This document shows, one piece after another, positions 35,821 through 44,715 of a stretch of 64,000 nt of DNA. This stretch comes from a virus (Duplodnaviria > Caudoviricetes), in the IMG/VR virus record IMGVR_UViG_3300048995_000008, positions 31,653 to 95,652 of that record; one strand, written 5' to 3'. The notes beneath the pieces were generated by a model. The model did no database searches. It saw nothing but the letters and a program-made list of their open reading frames with translations, and had not been told where the DNA came from. A program made the position numbers and the translations under genes. The stretch's first letter is position 1. Each line of letters opens with the position of its first letter.

Positions 35821-36902
35821 TTGCTGACCTCTGGAATGAGCAAGTCTCTACCGACCGGTAGAAGTACAGAGTCAAGATTATTAGCATCTCGAATGAATCG
35901 CCCAGAGTCCGGTGTTCCATACCACTTCTCAGACACTCGGTCTAGCGTATCGCCCTGTCGCACCCGGTGAATACCTCGTGGCTTGCGAGAGGCGAGAATG
36001 CGAGCATCCTTCTCTGCCGCGCGTGACGAGCCAATCATCAAGTTGCATTCTGTCTGCTGCGTACGGACCCAGTCCTCGAAGTGTAGCGTGGCGACCACGT
36101 CGTGATACGCGAGCACGTCTGTGGACACTAGCTCCTGCACGTCTGCGAGGTTGCGCGACGCCTGTGTTCTGATGCCAGCGAATGCTGCACTCAGTGCTAA
36201 CAGCTTGTGCTGCGTGCTGTCGAGCATCTGAAGAAACGTCTGGTCGCCAGGGTTGTCAAACGCGACGGCGTTGGCAGCGAACCTGGCGTTGCCGACTGCG
36301 CCGCTCAGGTCGTCAATATTGTCGAGCGCGTCTGTGACGTCTTCGGTAGACAGCGGGAGCGACTTCGCTCTGTCGAGAGTCGTGTTGATCTTGTCGACGC
36401 TGTCCTGCTGGTTACGCACGTGCTGCGCGAAATTTGAGACACTCTGTTGCTCGACAGGGATCGACCTGAATGACCCGATCGTCTCGTTGTGATGCACAGA
36501 CAGCGTGAACCCATAGCCAATCTCGAACTTAGTGCGCCACTTGAGCTTGAATTTTGTGATGATGCCGACTAGAGAGTGCGTCTCTATCTCGACGCGTACC
36601 AGCGGCACGCGACCGCACATTCTCGCGAACTCGGTGTAGGTGCGTTCGGCGAAGCCCTGACCAGCCCACTGGTCTTTCCACTCACCATGCATCTCGACTG
36701 GCATCCATTCGACCGACTGGATGTGCTCTACTGGTTCGTCAGCCCCGGCTGGCATCTCGCGCGACGTGTTGACTTGTAGCTCGAGATCTAGCGTGTCCTG
36801 CATCATCGAGTGCGTTTCGGAGGTCCAGATGAATTTGACTGGAGTCTCCTCCAGGACGCTTGCCCCTACGCGGCGAAGCTCTGTGACAGTCATCTGACTC
36901 AC
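35817..36902 (-). CDS. tail tube initiator with C-terminal LysM (gpU/gpX-like)
   Basis: HRVRQGDTLDRVS.KWYG......IRDANNL...G..L.IP; GTG start overlaps the upstream stop. Confidence 0.8.
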   Translation of the reverse strand: MSQMTVTELRRVGASVLEETPVKFIWTSETHSMMQDTLDLELQVNTSREMPAGADEPVEHIQSVEWMPVEMHGEWKDQWAGQGFAERTYTEFARMCGRVPLVRVEIETHSLVGIITKFKLKWRTKFEIGYGFTLSVHHNETIGSFRSIPVEQQSVSNFAQHVRNQQDSVDKINTTLDRAKSLPLSTEDVTDALDNIDDLSGAVGNARFAANAVAFDNPGDQTFLQMLDSTQHKLLALSAAFAGIRTQASRNLADVQELVSTDVLAYHDVVATLHFEDWVRTQQTECNLMIGSSRAAEKDARILASRKPRGIHRVRQGDTLDRVSEKWYGTPDSGRFIRDANNLDSVLLPVGRDLLIPEVSK

Positions 36903-37189
36903 AGCGCCGTACTCCACCCTTGGCGTGCCGCGTGGCGTGCCGCGTGGCGTGCCGCGTGGCGTGCCGCGTGGCGTGCCGCGTGGCGTGGCCGCAGCGCGTC
37001 CGGCGCGGGTACCCCGGTGTTGGTGGGGGCAGCTGCGCCGGTTGCCGCCTGGCGCAGCTGGCGCGGCCCCACGGGGTGCCCGCCAGGGGCCAGCGCCGCG
37101 CACCGCAGCGGCCCCCTACACCAGGCGCAGCGAGACAGATCGAACAGCTCGCTACAGTCTTCCTTACTGCAGACTCGATACTCGGTCAC
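36899..37189 (-). CDS. small Cys-rich protein with RHAA repeats
   Basis: GTGA-coupled to both the TMP and LysM genes. Confidence 0.45.
   Translation of the reverse strand: MTEYRVCSKEDCSELFDLSRCAWCRGPLRCAALAPGGHPVGPRQLRQAATGAAAPTNTGVPAPDALRPRHAARHAARHAARHAARHAARQGWSTAL
36921..36987. repeat. 12-bp tandem repeat TGGCGTGCCGCG x5.5
   Basis: Five exact units plus a 7-nt partial unit. Confidence 0.95.
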
Positions 37190-39156
37190 AACCCACCCCG
37201 GGTGATGACTGAACCACGAGCCTGCGAAGGCGCGCGAATCTTGCGCTGTACCTTTTCGTCGACCTCCATCAGCCAGCGGTCAGGATCCTTTGCAGACACT
37301 TCTACGCTGATATGGTTCGTGATATTCTGATTGACCGAAGCGCCCCTGAACGGGTCGAGAGAGTCGCGCAGCAGCAGCTTCTTTATTTCCTCGGGGGACA
37401 TCAAGGCAGCGTTGAGTCCAGTCATGCCGTAGCCGCTGCTGGAGAACAGCTGCATGAACTTGGACATTACCAACTGAGTCGCCTTGTTTGCATCGATCGA
37501 GGCGCGCTGCGCTGGCGTCATCAGTTTCATTGCCTCCTCGATACCTTTGTCAGTCTCGAAGGATGCCTTATATGTTCTGGCACCGACGTCTGCGACCTTT
37601 GACTTGAGCGTGCCTATCATGCCGGCGCGAAAGTACGGATGTCCGAGTAGATTCTGTTGCTCTTCTTGATCGAACCCTGCGCTCTTGAGCAGAGCAAGCT
37701 GACTTGCTTTCCAGCCAAACGACAGCTTCGAGCTTTCGTAACGTCCTGCCTTGATGTCCTCCAGAACATTGAGCTGCATCTTGTAGAAGTCGACGCTACC
37801 GATTGCATTCTTTGCTGACTGAGTACCCTTGGCACCCTTCTCACCCTCCATGTCGTGAGAAGTCTTCTTGACCTGGTCGTCAAACATTTCCATCGACGCT
37901 TTGAGATCCTGTAGTTTTACTCTTGCTGGGTCGATCGCGGCAGTCAGCGCCCGGTGTACGCCGAGATACTCACCAAGCTCGTGTGCAGCGTAACCGATGC
38001 CTAGAATGCCAGCTGGACCGAGTGCACTAGCCGCACTACCGAGACCCATCATCTTTTGAAACATCGGCTGGAGATCCATCTTGCCGAATGGGAACCGCAG
38101 GTGAAGAGCAATCGCTTGTCCAAGCTCTTTCATCGCACCGTTGCCAGTGAAAGACCCAGTCACGGCGCTCAGGTTGCCACCACCTAGACCGAGCCCCCCG
38201 CCGAGCATACCTCCGACCTTGCCGATCGCCCACACCTTGCCGATCGCCATGATCGTGTCAGCGTGGTCGACAAGAAACTCGATCGCGCTCTTCATCAGTT
38301 TGAAGCCAGACGCCAGCTGTCCGCTGACTGTGTCTGCGAACTTGTCCATCGTGTCACGATTCTTGTCGATCCAGATGGACCAGCTTCTCACTTCCTTGCT
38401 GACTTCCTTAAAGACCCCCATGCCGAGCCGACCGCCCATCAGCTCCATGTTGTCAACGAATGTCGACATGACGCCGTGAAATGTCTCCTGCCCCTGCTTG
38501 CGCGCCATCTCGAGAATCTCAGGCGACTGCAGCGCCTTCTTGATGACCTCACCCTTGTGGGTCGTGTCCAGCTTGTTGAACTGCTCTGGCGTCAGGTTGA
38601 CAGCTCTCTGTGCCAGCAGGTTTATCGCGAAGCGATCTCTGATGTGCACACCGCGCGTCGCCATGTACTCGACGTCACGCGCTGCGAGACCAACCTCTGA
38701 GCCAAATGCCTTCGCTGCATTCGCCGCACCGAACGTCAGCTGCTCCACGTCATTCATGCTGAAGCCAGCCCGCAGCAGCGGTCGCTCTATGAGCGACGCC
38801 ATGTTGACCAGTTCCTTGGTGGTCAACGCGCTCTTGGTCGCCATGATGTTGAAGCGGTCTACTGACTCACCTGCTCGCTCCCAAGACTGCTCCATGTTCG
38901 CCTTGGTGAACAGCGTGAGCATTCCTGACATCTTCAGACGGTAGTCTTCGAGCGAGGCATTGAAGTCAAACAGGTGCTTCTTAGCCTCGTGAAAGCCTAG
39001 TCCGACACCGAGCAGTCCGAGGCCACGCTTCACCTGATCGACAGCCTTCGTAGCGGCACCCGCAGACTTCTCGATCGCTGTAAAGACAGCACTCGCCTGG
39101 TCCTTGGCGACTATCTCTGTCTCTACGCGATAGGTGCTAGTGTCTACGAGGCCCAT
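37186..39156 (-). CDS. tape measure protein
   Basis: 656-aa helical Ala/Gly-rich protein after the chaperones; N-terminal I.AKDQAS..F. Confidence 0.85.
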   Translation of the reverse strand: MGLVDTSTYRVETEIVAKDQASAVFTAIEKSAGAATKAVDQVKRGLGLLGVGLGFHEAKKHLFDFNASLEDYRLKMSGMLTLFTKANMEQSWERAGESVDRFNIMATKSALTTKELVNMASLIERPLLRAGFSMNDVEQLTFGAANAAKAFGSEVGLAARDVEYMATRGVHIRDRFAINLLAQRAVNLTPEQFNKLDTTHKGEVIKKALQSPEILEMARKQGQETFHGVMSTFVDNMELMGGRLGMGVFKEVSKEVRSWSIWIDKNRDTMDKFADTVSGQLASGFKLMKSAIEFLVDHADTIMAIGKVWAIGKVGGMLGGGLGLGGGNLSAVTGSFTGNGAMKELGQAIALHLRFPFGKMDLQPMFQKMMGLGSAASALGPAGILGIGYAAHELGEYLGVHRALTAAIDPARVKLQDLKASMEMFDDQVKKTSHDMEGEKGAKGTQSAKNAIGSVDFYKMQLNVLEDIKAGRYESSKLSFGWKASQLALLKSAGFDQEEQQNLLGHPYFRAGMIGTLKSKVADVGARTYKASFETDKGIEEAMKLMTPAQRASIDANKATQLVMSKFMQLFSSSGYGMTGLNAALMSPEEIKKLLLRDSLDPFRGASVNQNITNHISVEVSAKDPDRWLMEVDEKVQRKIRAPSQARGSVITRGGL

Positions 39157-39162
39157 AGCGCT

Positions 39163-39372
39163 CTACTCGTCAGGGTCGACGAAGATACTCTCGTTGTGTG
39201 CTGTAATGCGGCGCTCTATCTCCCTCAGGATGACTGAGCGCTGAAAATTTGTGAGATCTAGCCAGTCATCTGGGGATAGACTGGCCCCTCGTAGATGCCA
39301 GGTGACGTAGACCCACTCCCGGAGATAGTGGGCTCTGTAGCCTCGCTGGGAGCGTCGAAGTGAGCCTTGATA
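39163..39372 (-). CDS. tail assembly chaperone gpT-like extension (-1 frame)
   Basis: 70-codon open -1 frame without its own start, beginning at AAGTTTT and ending 7 nt before the TMP start. Confidence 0.65.
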   Translation of the reverse strand, partial: YQGSLRRSQRGYRAHYLREWVYVTWHLRGASLSPDDWLDLTNFQRSVILREIERRITAHNESIFVDPDE

Positions 39373-39683
39373 AAACTTTCGACCTCTTCCTCTGTCGCCT
39401 CGTTGAGTCTTGAGTACGCACGCATCACGAACTCCTGCGTGCGCAGCGACCAGTCACCCCACTGAACGAATGGCCGAATCACTGCACGACCGTCCACCGC
39501 AGATATCGACTGTGCGACCAGCTCGTTACGATGCAGCACATTGAGCTGCTGAGCGCTAGCTTTCGCGCTCGGACTAGGTCCTAGAGCTCTGGCTGCAGCG
39601 TCCAGACTGTCGCGTCCAGTCATCTCCTCCATGTCGAAAGAGCTGATCGAGACTCCTCTTATCTTGCTGAGATCGAATCGCAT
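39258..39683 (-). CDS. tail assembly chaperone (gpG-like)
   Basis: Between tube and TMP. Confidence 0.75.
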   Translation of the reverse strand: MRFDLSKIRGVSISSFDMEEMTGRDSLDAAARALGPSPSAKASAQQLNVLHRNELVAQSISAVDGRAVIRPFVQWGDWSLRTQEFVMRAYSRLNEATEEEVESFIKAHFDAPSEATEPTISGSGSTSPGIYEGPVYPQMTG

Positions 39684-39703
39684 GCTCCACCAGTTTCTGT
39701 GTC

Positions 39704-40138
39704 TCAGGTAAAGTACGAGCAGAACCCTGACCAGCTGTCGGCCAGGTATCCATCCTTCGGAACATTGGTGTCGTCGAGCGTCAAGATGAGGTCACCGTGC
39801 AGCGTGCCAGTGCGTACGTTGCCAGTTCCCTCCCGATACGCGTACGTCACCGAGATCGTGACCTCCGGAAACGGCGTACCGTTCTTGTCAGCATCTTCGT
39901 ACAGTTTAGACACTGTCTTCCAACTGTGGTCTCTCTTCTCGGACTTGAACGAGAAGTCCATGCCGAGGTAGTCGACGTCACCGACAGCGCGCTTCTGCCC
40001 GGGGAAGCGCTTCTTCTCGAGTTTCTTGTCCGTCTTGATCGACAGGTCGTGTATCGTGGCGAACGACCCGCCGAGACGCTGACCGTTGACCGTAATCTGA
40101 ACGGTCGCCTCTTTGGCCCTGATCTCTGTGGATCCCAT
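39704..40138 (-). CDS. tail tube protein
   Basis: 144-aa beta-rich protein directly after the sheath. Confidence 0.8.
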   Translation of the reverse strand: MGSTEIRAKEATVQITVNGQRLGGSFATIHDLSIKTDKKLEKKRFPGQKRAVGDVDYLGMDFSFKSEKRDHSWKTVSKLYEDADKNGTPFPEVTISVTYAYREGTGNVRTGTLHGDLILTLDDTNVPKDGYLADSWSGFCSYFT

Positions 40139-40147
40139 GGAGACTCC

Positions 40148-41725
40148 TTAGACCTGCGTGATAGTGACGCTCGTTCCGGCTTCGATCTGCAGCTGCAGGA
40201 ACAAGTTCTTTGGGATGAGCGCTACTCGTACAAGGTCTCGCTGTATTCCGCGCTTGCGATCCGTCGGGGTGTTGACCTCGTCATTGTTCTTTACCTCGAA
40301 CTGAGGCACGAGCTTGTCATCGCGATCGACGAAGCGCTCCAACTCAGCTAGCTGCGTGAGCCATCCCTCGAAGGCTCCCTTGCGCTTGGCGCGAGACAGC
40401 ACGGTGTTCGGCCGCTTCTCGTCACCGCGCATCCTGTTCGCCAGGCCAGTGATGAGGAAGTTCTTCGAGCGTTCACCGTCGATCTGCGAGTTGTTGTCGG
40501 TGAGATCGGACGTGCGTCCGTTGCCGAACAGAATGACGTTGTTGTTGCTGGTATCGACGTCACGATTGATGAACGTCGACCCTGCTGCGTCCAGGTTGTC
40601 TCTCTGAGCGTCAGTGAGTTCGAACGCCAGGCGCGTGACGCCTTGATTCAACTCTGCCGTGTCGGACACACCCGGGTGAATATCTGGCTCCGTCTGAGAG
40701 AGAACACACGCCAGCTGCGCCACTGGCGAGCCAACGGTCTCCACAGTAGTCACCGGGTCGACATAGAACGGGTGGTTGAAGACCGGAAAGATAGCTCTGT
40801 GTCGATAGCTGGCGAGCTCGGTCGCCCAAGTCGTGTCGGTCACGCTGGCGCTGTCCGGGCAGATACCCCATGCGCTCAGATACGCAGTCGGTGCTAGTGC
40901 GAAGATCTTGGTCTTGACGTTGGTGTTCGACCTGTTGCACACCATCTTGAACTCGATGCCACGCGCCGCGTGAAGCGTGTCCATCGGTCCAGCGCCAACT
41001 GTGTAGTCGGCGTCAGCGATCGCACCGTCACTGCCAGCCACGCCTGTGAAGCCAGTGACGGCCGTCTGGCCGAGCTTGACGAATCCAGTGCTGTCTGCAC
41101 CGTCTGTCGAGGCTACAGAGTTGCTGGGTCTGCCAGCTGCGAGCTTCGTGATGACGATCGGTGTCGCGTCGTCACTGCCGATCACGACAGCAGTGTTGTC
41201 GTTCGTCCCAGAGATGTCGATGTTCGGGAATACCAGCGTCTGCTTGTACAGCTTCATCGTCAGGTTGAATGACGTTGAGACGCTGTTCGATGCCGCAGAG
41301 ATGTTGATCGCGATGTCGTTGCCGTGCAGTCCGGGTGACCTAGCCGCGACGTGCAGCACTGGTGTTCCGCCACCGCCAGTCGCTGTCTCGAAGTCGAAGC
41401 TCGCCGTGGTCGCTGCTGCCGCCGCCACGCGCACGACGTAGAAGAGACCCATGCGCTTCTGCTGCAGGTCCCACCAGACGTCACCTACGATCGCGCCACC
41501 ATTCACTCCGTAGTCGCGCTCACCGAAGACCTCGGCGAATCGCTGAAAGGAGGAGCAGAAAACGAGCTTGTTCACTGGACCTCGTACGCATCTTCCGATG
41601 AAGCCAGTCGTACCGAGAAAGATGCCGCGCACTGGCGCTGATACAGCCTTGGGCTGCACGTACGTGCCTGGAGCGCCAAACTGATCAGACGTGCTGCTCT
41701 GAAAGCGAATGTTCGGCATCTGCAC
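40148..41725 (-). CDS. contractile tail sheath protein
   Basis: PG.YV, GFIG...RGPVN.....S...F...FG, YVVRV, A.SPG..GN.I, N....N.P.....G C-terminus. Confidence 0.92.
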   Translation of the reverse strand: MQMPNIRFQSSTSDQFGAPGTYVQPKAVSAPVRGIFLGTTGFIGRCVRGPVNKLVFCSSFQRFAEVFGERDYGVNGGAIVGDVWWDLQQKRMGLFYVVRVAAAAATTASFDFETATGGGGTPVLHVAARSPGLHGNDIAINISAASNSVSTSFNLTMKLYKQTLVFPNIDISGTNDNTAVVIGSDDATPIVITKLAAGRPSNSVASTDGADSTGFVKLGQTAVTGFTGVAGSDGAIADADYTVGAGPMDTLHAARGIEFKMVCNRSNTNVKTKIFALAPTAYLSAWGICPDSASVTDTTWATELASYRHRAIFPVFNHPFYVDPVTTVETVGSPVAQLACVLSQTEPDIHPGVSDTAELNQGVTRLAFELTDAQRDNLDAAGSTFINRDVDTSNNNVILFGNGRTSDLTDNNSQIDGERSKNFLITGLANRMRGDEKRPNTVLSRAKRKGAFEGWLTQLAELERFVDRDDKLVPQFEVKNNDEVNTPTDRKRGIQRDLVRVALIPKNLFLQLQIEAGTSVTITQV

Positions 41726-41728
41726 TCC

Positions 41729-42472
41729 CTAGACGGGGATTGGGTCTCCGCCTGAGTTGATTTTGTATGTCCTGAGGTCCGCCAGGTCCGTGAGGTCGTC
41801 TGGCGTCTCCACCGCAGTCTGTAGGTCCTGCGAAACGAGCAGGTACAGCTTGTCGGCAATCGGGTCGAATCGAGGAATCATGAAAGGAGCGTCGACAGAG
41901 ATCTTCATGTACGTCCATAGACGCTCGGCAAATGCGAACTCGCTATTCCAGGTCATCTCGTCTTCGAACATCACTGTAGCGATGCCGAACGGTATCTTGA
42001 CACCGCTGATCTCGACGCCAGCGACAGAGACTTGAATCCGCCCTGGTGCCTGTCTCTCGTTGTAGAAGATGAGGCTGACCTCTTGCTCCAGCTGCTCACG
42101 CTGTGCGTCTAAGCGAGCACCGACCCACAGTCGACCTTTCATTCGTACAGTACCGATCTGAGACACTGTCGTGTCTTGATCGAGCATGTAGGTGGTGCCA
42201 GTCGTGAGTGCATTCGTGACTGGGTCGGTCCTGAAGTACCCTGTTAGCTCAAATCCGTCGTCACCGATCTGCTTGCTTGGGTCGAACTCAACGTCTTCGT
42301 CATCGTTGTAGATGACGATCTCCGCACTGTCGATGAGCAGTGCCATGGCAGGATACTCGCTCTTGCGCGACGGAGGCACGTTGACGACTGTGGCAGGCTG
42401 AGCAAGCTTGATCGTGAGACGTTGCGTAATCTCCTCGACGACTGCCTTAGCTGCTGCTCGACGAATCTTCAT
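41729..42472 (-). CDS. tail terminator/completion protein
   Basis: Upstream of the sheath; EYPA motif. Confidence 0.55.
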   Translation of the reverse strand: MKIRRAAAKAVVEEITQRLTIKLAQPATVVNVPPSRKSEYPAMALLIDSAEIVIYNDDEDVEFDPSKQIGDDGFELTGYFRTDPVTNALTTGTTYMLDQDTTVSQIGTVRMKGRLWVGARLDAQREQLEQEVSLIFYNERQAPGRIQVSVAGVEISGVKIPFGIATVMFEDEMTWNSEFAFAERLWTYMKISVDAPFMIPRFDPIADKLYLLVSQDLQTAVETPDDLTDLADLRTYKINSGGDPIPV

Positions 42473-42948
42473 CGCAGCCCCGTCAGCACTCGGTTAGTCT
42501 CTTGCTCTACGAGTCTAAAGAGCCGAGGAAGTGCGTGTCGCACTGGATAGCGTGGCTCTTGACCGACCTCGCTGATCTTGCGACAGATCAAGAATGCCGC
42601 CTGACGAGCCTCAGCAGCGAACATGCCGAGCTTCATCACACACCACTGTCGGATGCTCTCCTGGCCTTCCTCTGACACGGGGTGCGGCGCACACCCGAAC
42701 TCGATGACGCCGGCGGCAGGGTGGTCGTTGCTGACCACCAGTCGTCCACTGACGTATCTAATCTCGAACCCGTCACGGTAGTCGCCAGTGACTGTGATGC
42801 CCTCTCTGTCGATCTCCTCCTTGAGATATGAGAGCCAGCGCTCAGCTGCTCGCTTGATCGCTGTATTGATAAGCTGAGGTACTCGCTTAAAGCGCTCCCT
42901 GAGCACTGGCACGAGCTGCTGCGTGTTTATGCGAATCGTCGCTGTCAC
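42469..42948 (-). CDS. neck protein (HK97 gp10-like)
   Basis: TG.YR.G...V.ND.P.A.VIEFG..PH...G..PR. Confidence 0.75.
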   Translation of the reverse strand: MTATIRINTQQLVPVLRERFKRVPQLINTAIKRAAERWLSYLKEEIDREGITVTGDYRDGFEIRYVSGRLVVSNDHPAAGVIEFGCAPHPVSEEGQESIRQWCVMKLGMFAAEARQAAFLICRKISEVGQEPRYPVRHALPRLFRLVEQETNRVLTGLR

Positions 42949-43439
42949 TGCCCACCGTCGAAATTCGTCATCGCGCTGGTCTGCTTGACGACAACTTTCC
43001 AGTCAGTCTGGTCCTGCTGAAGATCGCCGCGTCTAGTCACAGGGTCAGCCGAGATCACGTACCACTGGTCAGGCTGTCGCTGTCCACCGGTGTCTATCAC
43101 GCGCCACGCTATCTCAGTGCCATCTGGTACCTCTGGCTGAAGCTCCTCGGCACTGTACCGCAGGCTGATTTGCGTGATCGTCGCGTCGCCTTGGTTCTCT
43201 CGGCCTGCTGGGGACAGTCTGTCTCCCTCAGATCGTGTCACCAGCGGTCGCGGGTCTATCTCCAGAATGGTCACTACAGGTGTGCCCTCGCCGACGACGC
43301 CGCTGGACCAGCGGCGCGTGATGATCTGTACGCGATACTGTCGCGTACCAAGCTTGGCGTGCACCTTTCGCCGAACATTGTCGACCACATCGATCAACCT
43401 GTCCGTCAGAACACGTCCGACCTGTGCGTGACGAGTCAT
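42945..43439 (-). CDS. head closure/stopper protein
   Basis: Position in the neck module; beta-rich. Confidence 0.55.
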   Translation of the reverse strand: MTRHAQVGRVLTDRLIDVVDNVRRKVHAKLGTRQYRVQIITRRWSSGVVGEGTPVVTILEIDPRPLVTRSEGDRLSPAGRENQGDATITQISLRYSAEELQPEVPDGTEIAWRVIDTGGQRQPDQWYVISADPVTRRGDLQQDQTDWKVVVKQTSAMTNFDGGQ

Positions 43440-43451
43440 ACTGACTCAGCC

Positions 43452-43844
43452 TTATGCGTAGCCCATTCGCTGATAGCCAGCGACACCGAACGTATACGAA
43501 CCAGAGCCAGTGAAGACCGTGATCGTCGCGCGTGCGTCGCGGATCGGGAGCGGCATGCCGTGCGTGTCCGACTGCGGCAGTGCATAGGCGATGTTCGCAG
43601 CAGTGAAGTTCGCGATCGTGGCGCTCGTACCTCCACTGACCCATCCAGAGCTGTCGTATGACACCTCGAACACAATGGTCACGGTGGTGGACGGTGTCAC
43701 GGCGTTCGCCACCAGCGTCACATTGAACAGATCCTCGACGCGAACCTGCGCTCTGTCACTGACCGCGTCCAGCGTGCCGGTGGTGCCAGTGTCGACGATG
43801 ATCGTACCTGGACGAAAGATGTGCTTGCCTCGTTCTCCGAACAT
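43452..43844 (-). CDS. putative virion structural protein
   Basis: AGGAG RBS; beta-sandwich composition. Confidence 0.55.
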   Translation of the reverse strand: MFGERGKHIFRPGTIIVDTGTTGTLDAVSDRAQVRVEDLFNVTLVANAVTPSTTVTIVFEVSYDSSGWVSGGTSATIANFTAANIAYALPQSDTHGMPLPIRDARATITVFTGSGSYTFGVAGYQRMGYA

Positions 43845-43922
43845 TTGCTTCTCCTGCTTGAGATCTGCTTCCCTCGCCGAGGCACCTGGTGGAGCGGCGC
43901 TCAGCGAGGGTCGCAGAAAGTG

Positions 43923-44339
43923 TCATGTCTCGTAGGTAGGAACTCCTAGACTTGGATCGACTCGATGCTCGCTTGGATCACCTGAGTAGAACCCTTCGCG
44001 GCGTCCACCAGACGAGAACACGTCATCGCCGATCTGAATCTTGGTCCAGCGCGACAGTCGCTGAACATACTGCTTACCGACAGCGCGAAGATGAGCAAGC
44101 GTATAGTGAGCACGCAGCTTGATGCTGCCATCCTCGATGGCCGCAGACAGCGGCAGCGACTCGAAGATCTCTAGGTCTACCTTCTGCAGGTAGTCGAGAT
44201 GCTCTCGCACGATCGGCCCCATTGATGCTTCCTTGGCGTCCAGGCCGTTGATCGCACGCACTGCGGGTCCGTCGTCCTCAAACCCGGAGTAGCCGAGATA
44301 GAAGAGTAGCCTGGCCTTCTCTGCGACAGAGAACGGCAT
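43923..44339 (-). CDS. head-tail adaptor-like protein
   Basis: F...EK.R...YLGY helical N-terminus; follows the MCP. Confidence 0.55.
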   Translation of the reverse strand: MPFSVAEKARLLFYLGYSGFEDDGPAVRAINGLDAKEASMGPIVREHLDYLQKVDLEIFESLPLSAAIEDGSIKLRAHYTLAHLRAVGKQYVQRLSRWTKIQIGDDVFSSGGRREGFYSGDPSEHRVDPSLGVPTYET

Positions 44340-44639
44340 CTACTCCTCTACTGTCGCCAGAGAGGCCATGTTGGCGATCGGCCTCGGTACTCGAGGATCC
44401 GTCGCCGGAACGACTCGGCCGTCAGTCATCATGTGGATTGCCGAGGCGACCGGGTCTCGCCCTGGTTGCATCGCGTGGCGTCGCACGTACGCCTTCGGCA
44501 CACGGATGCGCTGGCCTGGCTTCAGGACGATCCTCAGGTTGTCGATGTGCAGCCTGGCCGGCATCGAAGAGATGTTGACCACCTCCTCTGAGTCATCCTC
44601 ACCATCTTGAAACTCGAATTCTACACTGTCATCGCTCAT
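44340..44639 (-). CDS. hypothetical protein
   Basis: GGAG RBS, acidic N-terminus. Confidence 0.55.
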   Translation of the reverse strand: MSDDSVEFEFQDGEDDSEEVVNISSMPARLHIDNLRIVLKPGQRIRVPKAYVRRHAMQPGRDPVASAIHMMTDGRVVPATDPRVPRPIANMASLATVEE

Positions 44640-44715
44640 CTGGTCTTCTCCACAAGAGTTTATCAGCTCTGACGACACAGCCTACGAACTGTAGCTCGCA
44701 GGCTGTAGCGAAGAG

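Noticed and set aside
35817-36902. LysM protein as endolysin
   Set aside because: No catalytic domain; position between TMP and hub fits a tube initiator
36903-37103. N-terminal PRGT-repeat extension of the LysM gene in the ORF track
   Set aside because: A better-coupled GTG start exists at 36902; the extension is the repeat read in another frame
44677-44706. Rho-independent terminator after the MCP (ACAGCCT...AGGCTGT stem)
   Set aside because: Stem present but no U-tract on the coding strand
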